DNA from: Eledone cirrhosa
Lineage: Eukaryota
Length of the DNA stretch: 64,000 bases
Assembly (NCBI GenBank): GCA_964016885.1
Contig: OZ024740.1
Span: 161,572,001-161,636,000 of the forward strand
Direction: 5' to 3'
Every line of letters starts with the position of its first letter. The stretch's first letter is position 1. Below the pieces are notes generated by a model. The model ran no database searches. It had not been told where the DNA came from and saw only the letters and a program-made list of their open reading frames with translations. Of this stretch, positions 27,712 through 40,484 are shown piece by piece. Position numbers and translations under genes: made by a program.

Positions 27712-28044
27712 GTGGAAAGACCAGGTACCGCCATAAAAACACTTATTAGTAATATATACCCTTTTCAAAGACCTCCCTGTATAGATAAGAAATGCATAAT
27801 CTGTAAACTAAGCCCCCATATTAACTGCAAAACTAGAAACATAGTATATAGCAAAAGATGTACTGAGGGACAATGTAAAGATAAGAATATATTGTACATA
27901 GGTGAGACAGCTCGTAGCATAGGAGAACGATTAAATGAACACTGGCGAGAGCTTCAAGAAAGAAAAGACTCATCAGTACTCCACCATTATGCTAAAATAG
28001 AACATACGGGCAAATTAGAGAACATAGAAATAAAAATAACATAA
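27712..28044 (+). pseudogene. GIY-YIG endonuclease fragment of PLE
   Basis: NIVY...YIGET.RS..ER..EH motif, preceded by a Cys cluster. Confidence 0.85.
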
Positions 28045-28359
28045 TCTACACACAGAAAAGACGCAATGTTTAGACAAATCACAGAGGCAATAAACATAAA
28101 TGAACTCCAACCAAAATTAAATAGAAAACATGAATGGGATAGCAACATCACAACTTCCAATTAAGGACAAAATGAAAACACACACACATAGAACAAACAA
28201 CCAACTAGTAACATGTAAATAAACAAATAAATAAACAAATAAAAACACACACATGCACCCGGATGTAACACATGCGCAAACTAAGCACACAACACACACA
28301 ACACAAGATGGCGTATGACAGAACAAAGGAGAGGCACAAAACAAAGAAAAGAATCCCAC

Positions 28360-28402
28360 GTCACTGATGAGGCCACAGAATGTGTAACGAAAGAACTTTG
28401 AC
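28360..28402 (+). ncRNA. Minimal hammerhead in PLE pLTR (helix II mutated)
   Basis: GTCA-CTGATGA-GGCCACAgaatgTGTAAC-GAAA-GAAC-TT-TGAC. Confidence 0.65.
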
Positions 28403-29289
28403 AATATATGAACAACCATCCGGTTGTGGAACCAACCAACCGGAAATTTATATATTTTTTTAATTTATAATTTAATTTATAATAAATTGGAGTGAAAGCA
28501 ACTGGTGCGTGTGTTTCTTATTGGCAACATGACCCTCCCAAAGTATAACAATATCGGTTTCAACACACGTTTTCAGCTAAAGAATCTTGCTAAACAAATT
28601 CAGAAACAATATATATATATATAATGGAAACGCGTGGTAAGGGTGTTGGAATCGAACCCACAATCATAATATCGTGGGTTTGATTCCTGGGCTGGGTAGC
28701 GTGTTGTGTTCTGGAGCAAAACACTTCATTTGGCCTGGACATGTTATTAGCTTTGCATGGGCCTCAGTACAGGAATGCATCTTTTTGTTTGTTTGTTTTG
28801 TTTTGTTGTTTTGTTTGTGTGTTTTCTTCACTAGATCACGAATTTCTGTCTAACCCACCATATATCTATTATGTGTTTTATTGGCTCGAGTGTTAGGGTG
28901 GTTGATAAACAAATTTCCATCTAACACCTATCCGATTTGAACTCAGAGATGGATTTAAACTATGTAAAGTACTTCAAAGTACTTAGTCCGATGTTCAAAC
29001 GATTCTACGATGCTACTACCTCCTTGTAAATTCTATATCCGCAGCAAGAGGCTGACAAGAAATACTTTTTCAAAATTAAATCTGAATAGATTTCAAGCGG
29101 AATTCCTGCTGCTTGACATTCGTCTGTCAATTTGATTGACACTATAAAACAAAGTGATGGCTACTACGTCTTAAACATTGGACTTGTATCAAATAGCATT
29201 TTGGATAGGTTTATTATGACGTACCATCAATAAATATAAATGATAGGAGCACTTTTAAGATGCTACAGCCGTCAATATCTTATACGTCT

Positions 29290-29484
29290 GAAGAAGAAGA
29301 AGAAGAAGAAGAAGAAGAAGAAGAAGAAGAAGAAGAAGAAGAAGAAGAAGAAGAAGAAGAAGAAGAAGAAGAAGAAGAAGAAGAAGAAGAAGAAGAAGAA
29401 GAAGAAGAAGAAGAAGAAGAAGAAGAAGAAGAAGAAGAAGAAGAAGAAGAAGAAGAAGAAGAAGAAGAAGAAGAAGAAGAAGAA
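29290..29484. repeat. Uninterrupted (GAA)n, about 65 units
   Basis: Seen directly. Confidence 0.99.
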
Positions 29485-30229
29485 GGTGGTGGTGGTGGTG
29501 GTTTGTGGTTGTGGTGGTTCTGCTGCTGCTGCTACCCTCTCCACTACTTATACTATTATTAACTACGGTATTGGCGACGATAATGACCTCGATGACGACG
29601 ACCACGATGGTTGAGGCAACGCTGACGATGAAAACGATTAATACGAAAATAGAATAAGAGTATTGTTGCTTTAGGAAGTAAATAATGTTTTAAACAAATA
29701 TAAACTCATTATATTTGGAGATGAATATTAATACTTATGATAAAGATAAGAATATAACAAACTCTCATTTCCCTTGCCACGTAAAGCGATAATGATTCGT
29801 AAACCTGTGACTGGTTCCCTAATTGTATCCGTAATTACCGTACTTTACTCTAAAATATACCATACACTAAGCTGCAAATAGCAATCATAAATTGGTTTAG
29901 TTTTCCCTTGTGACTAAAATGTACACAAATATTATTTGCCTGAATGCTGAATTCAAATAATCCCATTGCTGAAACAAACACTTGTTCACTTCACCTCATC
30001 CACCGATCATATCTCTCAGAGGATAAATGGATCTTCGTCGGTTTTGACGGTGTGTATTTTACTTGTTCTGTCAAATGAATTGTCTATTCATTAAATTGGC
30101 GTTTAACAGGTTGAGCTCCTCACTGTTCCACGTAACCTTAATGCAGAATCAGTGTAACCGGATTTGTAACAAAGTTAGACCTTTGAATTACAGGTGCAAT
30201 CAATCCTATTCATAATCTACATGAAATAG

Positions 30230-30810
30230 GATTGCCATGTGCAGCATGGTTTGAAGTAGTATCAAGAATGGATCAGTCGGCTAACATTTGCAGGAATGAA
30301 AATCAGTGTTGTGACAACTGAGACGCCCTCTCAAGGAAGCCTGTGCAGTGCACTCTACATATATGTAGAGTTCCACTGACGCAGGTGGAGATGTTCAAGT
30401 ATCTCAGGGCTTCTTTCACATCTGATGGAAAGCAGGAGATTGAATTTAGTGCAAGAATTTTGCAGAGGCTGACGCAGTAATGTGCCAGCTTCAGTATTCG
30501 ATAATCAGAAGGAGGTAAGAGTAAAAGTCAAATTCGCTATCTTCAATTCGGTATTCGCGTCAACTCATACTTTGGTCATGGATCTTAGGTAATGACCGAA
30601 AGAGTGTGATCGCGAATATAAGCTGCCGAAATAGGGTCTTTGGGGTAACATAACACGATGCAGTGCGTAGCTCGGAGATCTGGCTGTCGCTCCAGATATT
30701 GTCGCTACTTCTACGAATTGAGAGATCACAGCTCTGATATTACGAACATGAGGTCAGAATGTCTCAGGAAAGAACCACTGAACAGGTTTTACGGGCAAAA
30801 CTAACCGGCA
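30230..30810 (+). pseudogene. Decayed RTE-like LINE RT C-terminal fragment
   Basis: QVEMFKYLRASFTSDGKQEIEF; DNA homologous to the reverse complement of 37575-37775. Confidence 0.7.
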
Positions 30811-31622
30811 TAGAGAGTATGTGTGTATTTTACCTATTTCTAAAGGAAAATGCCGATTACTGTACATTATATATAAAACACAATACATGTACGAGAGGAG
30901 CAAAGTCAAAGACTTGATTTTGCTCCGCTTGTACATGTATTTTCTTTTATATATAATGTAAAGTGATGGGTATTTTAGTTTAGAAATAGGCAAAATACAA
31001 AAATACTCACATTTTAAATATAAACTAATGTTTTTAGAGTTGTTGTCGTTGGTGTAGCTGTAGTCGCGGTTGTTTTTGTTGTTTTTCCAGTGAAACGAAA
31101 ACATCGCTTATATAACATATCCCAAGAATAAAGTGACGGCTTCATGGTGTAAGATAAGCAGCAGGTGGACGGTAAGTCTTGGAGTAAGATCAGCGAGATC
31201 TTTTTTCTTTCTTTTTTTGGTTTAATTTAAAACAGTCTGTTACTGATATTTTGTGACGTTTTGCAAACGCAATACAACCCTAAATGCAACACACACACAC
31301 ACACACACACACACAAATACACACGCACATATATATATGTGTGTGTGTGTGTGTGTATGTATGTGCGTGAGTGTGTATGTGTATGTTGTGCATTTAGGGT
31401 TGTATATATACATATATATACATATATATACATATATATACATATATAAATATATATATACATATATACATATATACATAATACAAGCATTATTGCTTGA
31501 TTGATATGTATTAAATATATACACACACACGCACACACACATATATATAAAATCAAGATCTAGCAAATAGAGAAAAAGTTTTAAAATAATTTTTTTAAAG
31601 TTCGCTGTACTTACTATATGTA

Positions 31623-31700
31623 CCTTTACCGCGCGGTTTCAAATCCCCAAACAAACGGATAATCCAAGTGGATTTCTATTGAGAAGGGGACTCTCGTCAG
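31623..31700 (-). ncRNA. Hammerhead motif, family C
   Basis: Minus strand CTGACGA-GAGTCCCC...GGGGATTT-GAAA-CCGCGCGG-TA-AAGG; the 5' strand of helix I is lost at a junction. Confidence 0.6.
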
Positions 31701-32113
31701 GCTCAGAGAATATAAAATTCCCGAGTTCAAATGACAAACTGACGCCATACAAAACTGATCCCAGATGAGAGTGAATGAGGAAAGAAACAATTTTGTCTAG
31801 TGCCGTGTGTAAAGACAGAAGGCAGGGCGGACAGGTCAATGTTCTGCCACTAGAAATAGCAGCAGTTCAAACGACCAAATGTTATCTCAACCTTAGGGAT
31901 GATTAATAATAATAAAGTATGTGTTCCTACGTGTAAAAAATACATATAGGGATACAAGTATTATCCAACCGTATGCCAATGTGGTTCTATGGCGGGTTAA
32001 TTAATTAACATGCCAGAACATATAAAATCAAGGTCTAGCAAATAGAGAACAAGTTTTAAAATAAATTTTAATAAGTTCGCTGTATATATGTATATATATA
32101 TATATATATATAA

Positions 32114-32189
<76 letters not shown>

Positions 32190-32372
32190 CACATCAATCA
32201 TGCGACTCCATCAGTAAAAACATCTTCCTTGAATATATATCTCTACGTGTGTTTGTGTTTGCATATATATATATGAGATCAATACGAGTGGTTATAAGAC
32301 TCATTCATTACCAGGTGCGTTAAAGCTCAATGTGTTAATCTCGTACGGAAAAAGGCAGAGCATAATATTTCT

Positions 32373-33320
32373 ATTTAGGTGAATAACTAAAGTTTTATAG
32401 TTCAAATCAATTTATTCATTTTTACGATCGTTTCGATTGAACGAAATGTAATTGTAAACATCAATAAAAATGTTCAGATTGATTAATTAAATCAACGAAT
32501 ATGGCAATTTTAGATTTGAGGAATAATAATTTCAAGTAACGATGTAGACATACAAAAATAAGTAAATTACAGAAATATAGTCACAAAGAGTTTCAAAGGC
32601 AAATGTAAGAGATGCACAAAAAAGGCAGCGAAGAGAGTTAATGTTTAGCATTATGTAATGTGATTTAAGTAACAAAGAAGTGTAATGTGTAGAGGATATA
32701 TAACCACATGCTGTAATTACTATTCATGTATACAAATACAAGTATAATATATTTACAGAATGGTAATACCCCATAGCACGTTCATTTGAATATGTACCGT
32801 GATTTTGCAAATAAAGTTTTACAAACTATATTAGACTAAAAACCGTTTATGGCTGTGCACGTTATTGTGGGTGGTGTATAAAAAGATGTCTAAATCTTCA
32901 ACATTCGATATTCAATCACAAACTCGATGCAGGTTTTCATACTGTGATTTAGATGGTGACCATAAATATCAGTGTTCACAAGGTCTGTGTATTTGATTGT
33001 AAAAACAACCCTGTGTAGATCTACAGCTTTGTTTATGTATCTCTTTACTTTCAAAACTTTCTCCGGAGTTATTGCTATGTAATTTGCTAATTATCGCATG
33101 CCTACCTGATAACTGGGACCATTATTTCCCAAATCTAAAGATTTATTTCCTGGGAAGATATTTGAAATGTAATAGTTATGTTTGTTGGTTTAATTAATTA
33201 ATCAATTAAGTAATCAGCAAATTGTTATTGACATTTACAATTGCATTTCGATCAATCGAAACGATTGTAAAAATGAATAAATTGATTTGAAATATAAAAT
33301 CTTTGGATATTCACCTAAAT
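32373..33320. mobile_element. Foldback/MITE-like element with long degenerate terminal inverted repeats
   Basis: atttaggtgaata...ttcaaatcaatttattcatttttac.atcgtttcgattga (from 32373) is mirrored in 33250-33320; similarity continues about 250 bp inward. Confidence 0.8.
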
Positions 33321-33439
33321 TGCGTGTATGTGTGAGTAGATTGGCAGTATCGGTAAAACGACGAAACAAGAGAACAAACGCTATTCGACGGGCCTGAGTG
33401 GCCGAGACGCAACGTAGCAACAAAACCACAATTTAGTCT

Positions 33440-35335
33440 TTGGTGGACTGAGACGTGCTTGTCGGTTCCAAATAGATGTATGCGGCTTTTTGTCAACATC
33501 TATCACGACTGTTCGGGGAGAGTGGGGCCCAGCGATGGTGGTGGACTTCAGTTCCTACTTCGTCGGACTGCCATAACTCTCAACGACTGATGCAGAGTGT
33601 TGCGAAAAACTTATAACAGCAGCCGAGATTCTGGAAACTCTGACCAACCGTACGAGACGCAATTTGACCGATTTGGATGGTCGTCCATGTGTGTTTTACG
33701 TAGATATGTCAAAATTGTTATGCAATCTCCTTGAAGTCGTCTACTGCATCTGGCAACAGAACTGTTGTATTCTCAGTTCTGTGAGTTAAGGTGTAGTAAG
33801 CTGACCAGGAAAGACGAGAACAAGAAAGTCATGACTGATAATTTTAGACCCATAGTTCTGCTAAACACAGAGTTTAAGATTTTGACCATGGTGCTAACAA
33901 CGAGGCTGGCGCTTGTCGTCGAGAGCCTTGTAGAGGAAGTTCAGACCGGCACAATCCCGACCAGGTCCATACACGACAACCTCCACCTCGTGCGATACAC
34001 CATAAAGAAGGTAATGAATAAACCTGGTTTAGATGGGGCTCTGATCAATTTGGATCAATTGAAAGCTTTCGATATGGTCGACCATCGATACCTAGACGCT
34101 GTCCTCAAGACAGCCAACTTCGATCCCGTCTTCAGAGGTTAGATCACTGCAATGTACAGCGACACCTGCTCTGTCACCAAATTCATCTGGCACCTATTGG
34201 AACCGTTCCAAGTCATGCGCTCATTCCGTCAAAGATGTCTCTCCTCCCTTCTGTACGTACTGACACTCCTAGCCTTTACTGTGGAAGCTGGATCTGTTGC
34301 AGGGCATCCCGCTCAAACCGGAACGTGGAAGGACTGTGTCGGCATAGGCGGACAACGTCATAGTGATGGTGTTGAACACCTCGGAAATTGTGGTGGTCGG
34401 CAACTTCTTAGAGGAATATGAAAGCTTGACAGAAGCAATGATCAATCCGGAAAAGCCGGTGAGTTTGCACCTCGGCACCTGGAGAGGCAAATCCATATCG
34501 TTCAACAGCGAAGTCAGACGCTGGACAGACGGATCTGTAAAGTTGCTCAAGGTTTGATTCGGACCAGACCTCCAGATGGATAAAAACTGAGACGAGGTTA
34601 CGATCAGGGTAACCACTCTCACCCAGAAATGTTCCGAGAGAAAGCTATCCCTGAGACGTCGGACGGAGGTGGCGAACGCGTACATCACATCCGTCGTCTA
34701 CTACCACCTGACCATCGTGCTTGTTCTCCGTTCGCGCCGCCTCGCCGTTTCGAGATAAACTCTACCGACACGGAAGTGCTGTCAGACGGACCTACACGAG
34801 ATGCGCGCAGAGCGACGAAACCGTTCTGCACGCACTCGCCCAGTGTCCGTGCATTACTGACTTGTGTACTTATGTAGAACAGCTGCTGTCGCGTGTAGAA
34901 TAGATCCGGCTATCGACCGAGTCCATAGTGAAGATCGCCCCACCGCTTTCTTTTGGTCGGGAAGGGCAGGCAGCTTTTCTCTGCCTGGTGGCGATAGCGA
35001 AAGAGGTTTTGTGGTGGACCAGGTTGAAAGGACTTTTCTCACACACTTTTCTCTTCGGCCAATCCCTCGTCGACTGTTTCAAGTTCATTTGAAATGGAAG
35101 TTGAGGCTTGAGAAATAAGTGTTGCCCCTAAGCACATGTGCTAAAAGGTGGGTGAATGTCGCGAGAATGGGTCTACTCTGAGCATGTGCCAGTCGGCTTG
35201 CTAATTTGAGGAGGAGAGGGGTGCCCTTTCCGGGTGCTCTCGAAGTGTCCGGTGGTTCAGGATTGGAAGGGTACATGAGACGCCCCTGGGTGGTTATCCC
35301 CCTATTGGGGAATTTTCATTGTTGTATTTGGTGGT
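33440..35335 (+). pseudogene. Tx1/L1-like LINE ORF2 (RT to C-terminal Cys/His motif), 5'-truncated and decayed
   Basis: DNFRPIVLLNTEFKIL...INLDQLKAFDMVDH and RCAQSDETVLHALAQC; ends at a (GGT)n(AGT)n tract. Confidence 0.9.
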
Positions 35336-35351
35336 GGTGGTGGTGGTGGTA

Positions 35352-35452
<101 letters not shown>

Positions 35453-35967
35453 CGAATAAGAGCATACGACTGGTTGCATCGTCATGGCGCATCACGAAAC
35501 ATCTCGCAGTATTTGTTCTTGATCTTTCTGAGTTCAAATCACTCCGGAGTCAACTTTACGTTTCATCTTTCCATAATCGATGAAAGAAAATGTCATTTAA
35601 ATACTGCGGTTGATTTGATCGACTAAACCCTCCCCATAAACACGATGGCTTGTGTCAGCGATAAAATTTGTTATTTGCTGGAAAGAGTGTACAAGTTACT
35701 CAGCAACCTAAAGTTTTCGTATCAGTGAACATTTCAAACGGTGATTCAAAAATTTATAGTTTTGTCATGGTAACCGATATAATATCATGAAAAACGTCAT
35801 TGATATCACGTTCTTAGAATACATAAACTTGAAAACAAGTATACACATACACACACGTACTAACGTGTGTGCATATACACACAATGACATAGACTCCCAC
35901 ACTCAGACAAGCTTATAATCATAGAGACGTTAATATTTACATATAGATACATACACACACACATACG

Positions 35968-36024
<57 letters not shown>

Positions 36025-36032
<8 letters not shown>

Positions 36033-36250
36033 ATAATAATAAATTTGAAGACTAAAATCCAAAGAGGGCTCGATAAGGATAAATATATATCAAATATATA
36101 TGAACCGTAGAGCAAATATTTATTAAAATAACAGATTAAAGAATCGCTGCTTTCATCCTTAACGGGATCTTCTGAAACATATTTCAGAAGATCCCGTTAA
36201 GGGTGAAAGCAGCGATTCCTTGCTTAAACTTTAATCTGTTATTTTAATAA
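36025..36250. repeat. (TA)n-flanked element ending in a foldback (36119-36250); second copy inverted at 42576-42750
   Basis: ttattaaaataacagattaaag...aacgggatcttctgaaa-cata-tttcagaagatcccgtt...ctttaatctgttattttaataa; identical ORF-track peptides at 36115(-) and 42660(+). Confidence 0.9.
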
Positions 36251-36276
<26 letters not shown>

Positions 36277-36281
<5 letters not shown>

Positions 36282-36700
36282 TATATTTGGCAATATACCG
36301 TATGTTTAATTAAAAATATTTTGAAGACCATACGCTATCGGTTTTAAAGTAGTGACTATGTCACTTACTTCGTTTCGGCGAAAGAAGGGAGAGAAGCTAA
36401 CAGTCTGTTTCACGCTGTTGGCGATCATCAGAGCCACGCACTCTCTGCTTTCGCCGAAAATTATAGGAGCTGGATTCTTATAGAATTCCAGTAATAATCA
36501 GGAGCTGATTATACCGAGCGATTGCCGGTCCAGCAAAAATTAGGTATTAGGATTGGTGCTCTGAAATAGCGATGTATACATGAATGTATATATAGTATAT
36601 TTGCCAAACTATCGTATGTTTAATTTAAAAGATTTTGAAGACCATACGCTATCGGTTTTAAAGTAGTGACTATGTTACTTACTTCTTTTCGGCGAAAAGA
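36277..36700 (-). mobile_element. Retrozyme-like element: about 314-bp unit, about 1.35 tandem copies, with HHR
   Basis: Direct repeats 36277-36385 and 36591-36700 flank a unique segment containing an HHR. Confidence 0.75.
36373..36459 (-). ncRNA. Type-I hammerhead with extended bulged helix I
   Basis: Minus strand GGCT-CTGATGA-T-CGC-caaca-GCG-T-GAAA-CA-gac-TG-TT-AGCT; distal helix TTTCGGCGAAAG/CTTTCGCCGAAA. Confidence 0.75.
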
Positions 36701-37204
36701 AGTTTATGGTTTAAACTTCATAGAAACTGCTTTTCATACCCATGCATCTCTGTCACCTTAATATGCTTTTATACCTGTATTGTATTATGTGATACCTTTG
36801 CCACATTGTGATATATATGCTTAGTACCATTGCTTGTTTCTTACCTGGTAATTCTGTACATGCCTAATACCTCTTTCTATACGTTTGCATATGTAACGCT
36901 AATGCCCTCATTTTGCGAGTAACTTTCTTCTTTAATTCCTCTGTAATTGTTGTATTATTCTTTTATAATCTTTGTCGCATCCACTGATACTGACCACATC
37001 ATCTTCACTCTTTAAATATGACACTGTTAATGACAACACTAATATCTACGTATCTTTACAATTGTTCTGTGGAATAGGAGGTTAATTATATGTCTAAACT
37101 TTGCTAGTGCTGCGATGATTACAAACGAAACTTTGGAAGAAACGATTGTCAGCAATAAAATGTTTTAAACATAGTTTTGACTATTCTGTAATTTCTATAT
37201 ATAT

Positions 37205-37311
<107 letters not shown>

Positions 37312-37479
37312 AATATATCTAACTATTCATCTATTGCTCTTGCTCGACGGGTCTGGGTGTCATCCTGATCACCGGATCCTGAGGCATCATCTTGCATACA
37401 TCCGACATTATAAATATATATATAAGGAAAAGAAATCGAAAATGCAACTGGAGTCTTTTTAAGAATATTTATTTATTTC

Positions 37480-37515
37480 CTTTACCGGTTTCACAGTTCT
37501 TATGCTTTTCAAAAG
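37480..37515 (-). ncRNA. Diverged family A hammerhead (U3-A8 retained)
   Basis: Minus strand CTT-TTGAAAA-GCATaagaaCTGT-GAAA-CCGG-TA-AAG. Confidence 0.55.
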
Positions 37516-37574
37516 TAAAATTGAGATGGAGATTTACTTTTTTGTGCTCCATAGACCTTTCGGAGGAACTCCAT

Positions 37575-37790
37575 TTAGGCCGCTAATATTCGCGATCTTA
37601 TTCTTTCGGTCATTACCCAAGATTGATGACCATAGGAAAGGGTTAGCATGAATGCTGAATTGAAGATAGCGAGTTTGACTTTTACACCTACTTCCCTTCT
37701 TCTGATTACGTAATGCTGAAGCTGGTGCATTGTGGCACCAGCTCCTGCAATTCTAGCAATTAATTCAGCCTCCATCACTCGGGAACTCGG
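37575..37790 (-). pseudogene. RTE-like RT C-terminal fragment
   Basis: ELIARIAGA...VKLAIFNSAFMLTLSYGHQSWVMTERIRSRI. Confidence 0.8.
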
Positions 37791-37794
37791 CCCT

Positions 37795-38460
37795 GAGATA
37801 CTTGAACAACACAACCCATACAGGTAAAGAGCAGGAACTAATGGAGGGGCCTAGATGCTATCGGCTAGATATAGTCGGGGTTTCTTCAACAAAATTCCAT
37901 GCCTGCACAAGTGGAAGTTGGAATATTCACAAGCTCCCAGTTGTCAGAATGTGTTATGGACTGGATCCCGTTGGGTGTGAGGATTTGCCTCTTGAAGCCT
38001 AGGTTGGAAAATAGGTCTCTGTTGGTGATGCTAGTCTATGCACCAAATAAGGAGACCGGATACAGATCCTTCCTTGATGGAGTCACTGCAGCGTTAGATG
38101 CTGTTATGACTGAGTCATATATCCTAATGAGAGACTTCAATGCACATGTTGGCACTGACCACCTGTCATAGAAAGGAGTGATTGAAAGGAACAGTGACCC
38201 CTATCTCAATACAAATAGAGAGGCCATATTAGATTTCTGTTCTAGCAATGGATTCTCTATTATGAACACCTTCTTTCAACGCCATAAATATACATGGTAT
38301 AAGGGGAATCAGGCACAGAGATCAATAATTGATTTTGTTATTGTCTCTGATCTCTTTGATTCTGTGCTGGATGTTCGTGTTAAAAGAGGGGCTGAGCTGT
38401 CAACTGATGACCATCTCGTTATCTGCAACTTGAGACCTTCCAGAGTTGATAAAATGAATA
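37795..38460 (+). pseudogene. RTE-like APE endonuclease fragment
   Basis: LDIVGVSST, VYAPN, MRDFNAHVG, IMNTFF, SIIDFVIVS and AELSTDDHLV. Confidence 0.9.
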
Positions 38461-40079
38461 CAATACGTGCTGACCTGGATTTAAATAATAACGATCTTTC
38501 CCTACACATTTTTAGTTATCTTCTATATTGGAACATATAACTTATGGCAACCAATGACTATATCCTCGTCCTAATAATTTGCGTGCTATTATGCTCTTGT
38601 AAGAAACTATTCTTTAATTGCTCTATTATAAAGGATCAGCAGCTTACAGGTCTTCTAGCCAAACTATATATGTGTATCTCGTCATTAGCGTTATGCTGTT
38701 TTCATGATGAAAGGGACATTCATTTTGATATGGCCCAGTACACATGACATAAGAAATAGTGTACTACAGTTCTCTTTAATAAGTGTCATTAGCTGTTTAT
38801 TACTATAGGGTGATTGGTGGCCTTTATGCAGGAAAATGAATTTCACCTGTTTGGCGATTTGCCTAGTTCCACTATATGAAGATAAATTCTTCCAGTGTTG
38901 TTTTGTTTTTTGTTGAATTTATGTTGTTGTTTTTATCTGAAGGTGAGGAGACACTGTGCTAATAAAACTCTCAGGCCATCCTAGATATGTCAGCTTGGTG
39001 TAGTTAATGTTCAGTTTTAATATCTACTTAGATATCTGTTTGGAAATTGAAGCTTCTATACAGTTGTTCGACCTATTAGAAGTAGCAACTAAATCTCCCT
39101 CATATCCGAAAGCAGAAAAGAAGAACAGATTAAATAATATAATCCTAGATGCACACTATATGTGAAAGAAAACAGGTAGGATGGTCACAGCTGGAATGCT
39201 TTTTGATCATATGTCTGCTCGATTTTTTTTTACATAGGTGTAATATAAATTGTGTTACCAATCTTTAAAAATCATATAATCAGTTAATAACTGTTTAATC
39301 GTTAGTTATGGTATTTAAAAGAAATGTGAATTTTTCCCTCGTTAATTTTTTCCGTATGCAAAACTGTAGCATATTTCCCCAGTGATTTTATTCCTGTTCA
39401 CTGGAATGTTTCATATCCCTTTATATCGTATTCCATATTAATGGATCACAAATGTTTATTTAAGATAGCACTGTGTAACGTTTATCGAAATCTTTCTCAG
39501 AATCATTATCAATTTAATTAAAAGCAATTAGTTTTAAGCGCGAAATAAAACTGCATGAGACTTAGTCATGTCTTCTGGAGCTGATCTCTTACTTTATGAT
39601 GCATATCAACTGTAAAACCTGGTTGCTACTTGTTTCAAGAGTCGTAACCTATAAATGGAACAAATTAATTGAGAAGAATTTAAATTTCGCAGACACTGAT
39701 ACATAATATATATAAGTAAAGTGTTTTTTAGAAAATAAACAAAATAGTAACTTATATCATTTACCCTCTTTATTAAAAGAAATATAGAGGAATGTCATCA
39801 TAAGTAATGTCTATCTCATAACAGAATGTGGAATAATGATGGTTCAAGTTGAGATGATCGTCTACATGCCAAATGACTCTGATATAATTTAGTAGTTCCA
39901 GTTTCTCTTAAAACTTCACCAGAATTTTAAATTAAGCATTTTCCTTCCCTTTTCGGCTCAAATGTATTGTTAGGATAATATTAAGGAGGTCAAGTGTTAT
40001 TTTATTTCTATGTTTATATTTTGTAATTCATAGCACTGAACACTCTTTTCATATCAGCATTTGAGCAGGGTAGTATTTT

Positions 40080-40484
40080 CATACCTGCCAACCTCTAAAT
40101 ACCCAAACGGGGAATACCATGAAAAAAGGTGCCCCAAAACGGGGAGAAATTAGACAAAATAGGGAGATCTTACATAATTGTTTCTACTTTTGGCACAAGG
40201 CCAGCAATTACTCAGTACATTACTAGTACTTTATTTTATCGACCATGTAAGGATTAAAGGCAAAGTTAACCTTGGCGGGATTTGAACTCAGACCATAAAG
40301 GGCCGTAACTCTTTGCTGCAAAGCATGGTGTCCGACCCTCTACCGATACTGCCAATTCACCGCCCTTTTTAGGGAGATTTTACATAATGAAAGCTATACC
40401 CATTTTCTTAAGAGAAGACATCTCTCCCCCACCCAAAAGTGGGTGGAAGATCTCCCCGTCGGACGGGAAGAGTTGACAGGTCTG
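40080..40484. mobile_element. hAT-like MITE containing a SINE
   Basis: TIRs CATACCTGCCAAC / GTTGACAGGTCTG (11 of 13 match). SINE 40179-40369 is flanked by a 19-bp TSD tagggagat(c/t)ttacataat. Confidence 0.75.

Larger units (their letters stand above)
25993..28610. mobile_element. Penelope-like element (Neptune-like Cys-rich linker plus GIY-YIG), two partial copies in inverted orientation, (TA)n flanks
   Basis: 25993-26640 is an inverted copy of about 27900-28555. The plus strand encodes PPCIDKKCIICK...CKTRNIVY...LYIGETARSIGERLNEH; the minus strand 27313-27032 carries the ORF N-terminus MTLPKYN. Confidence 0.85.
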
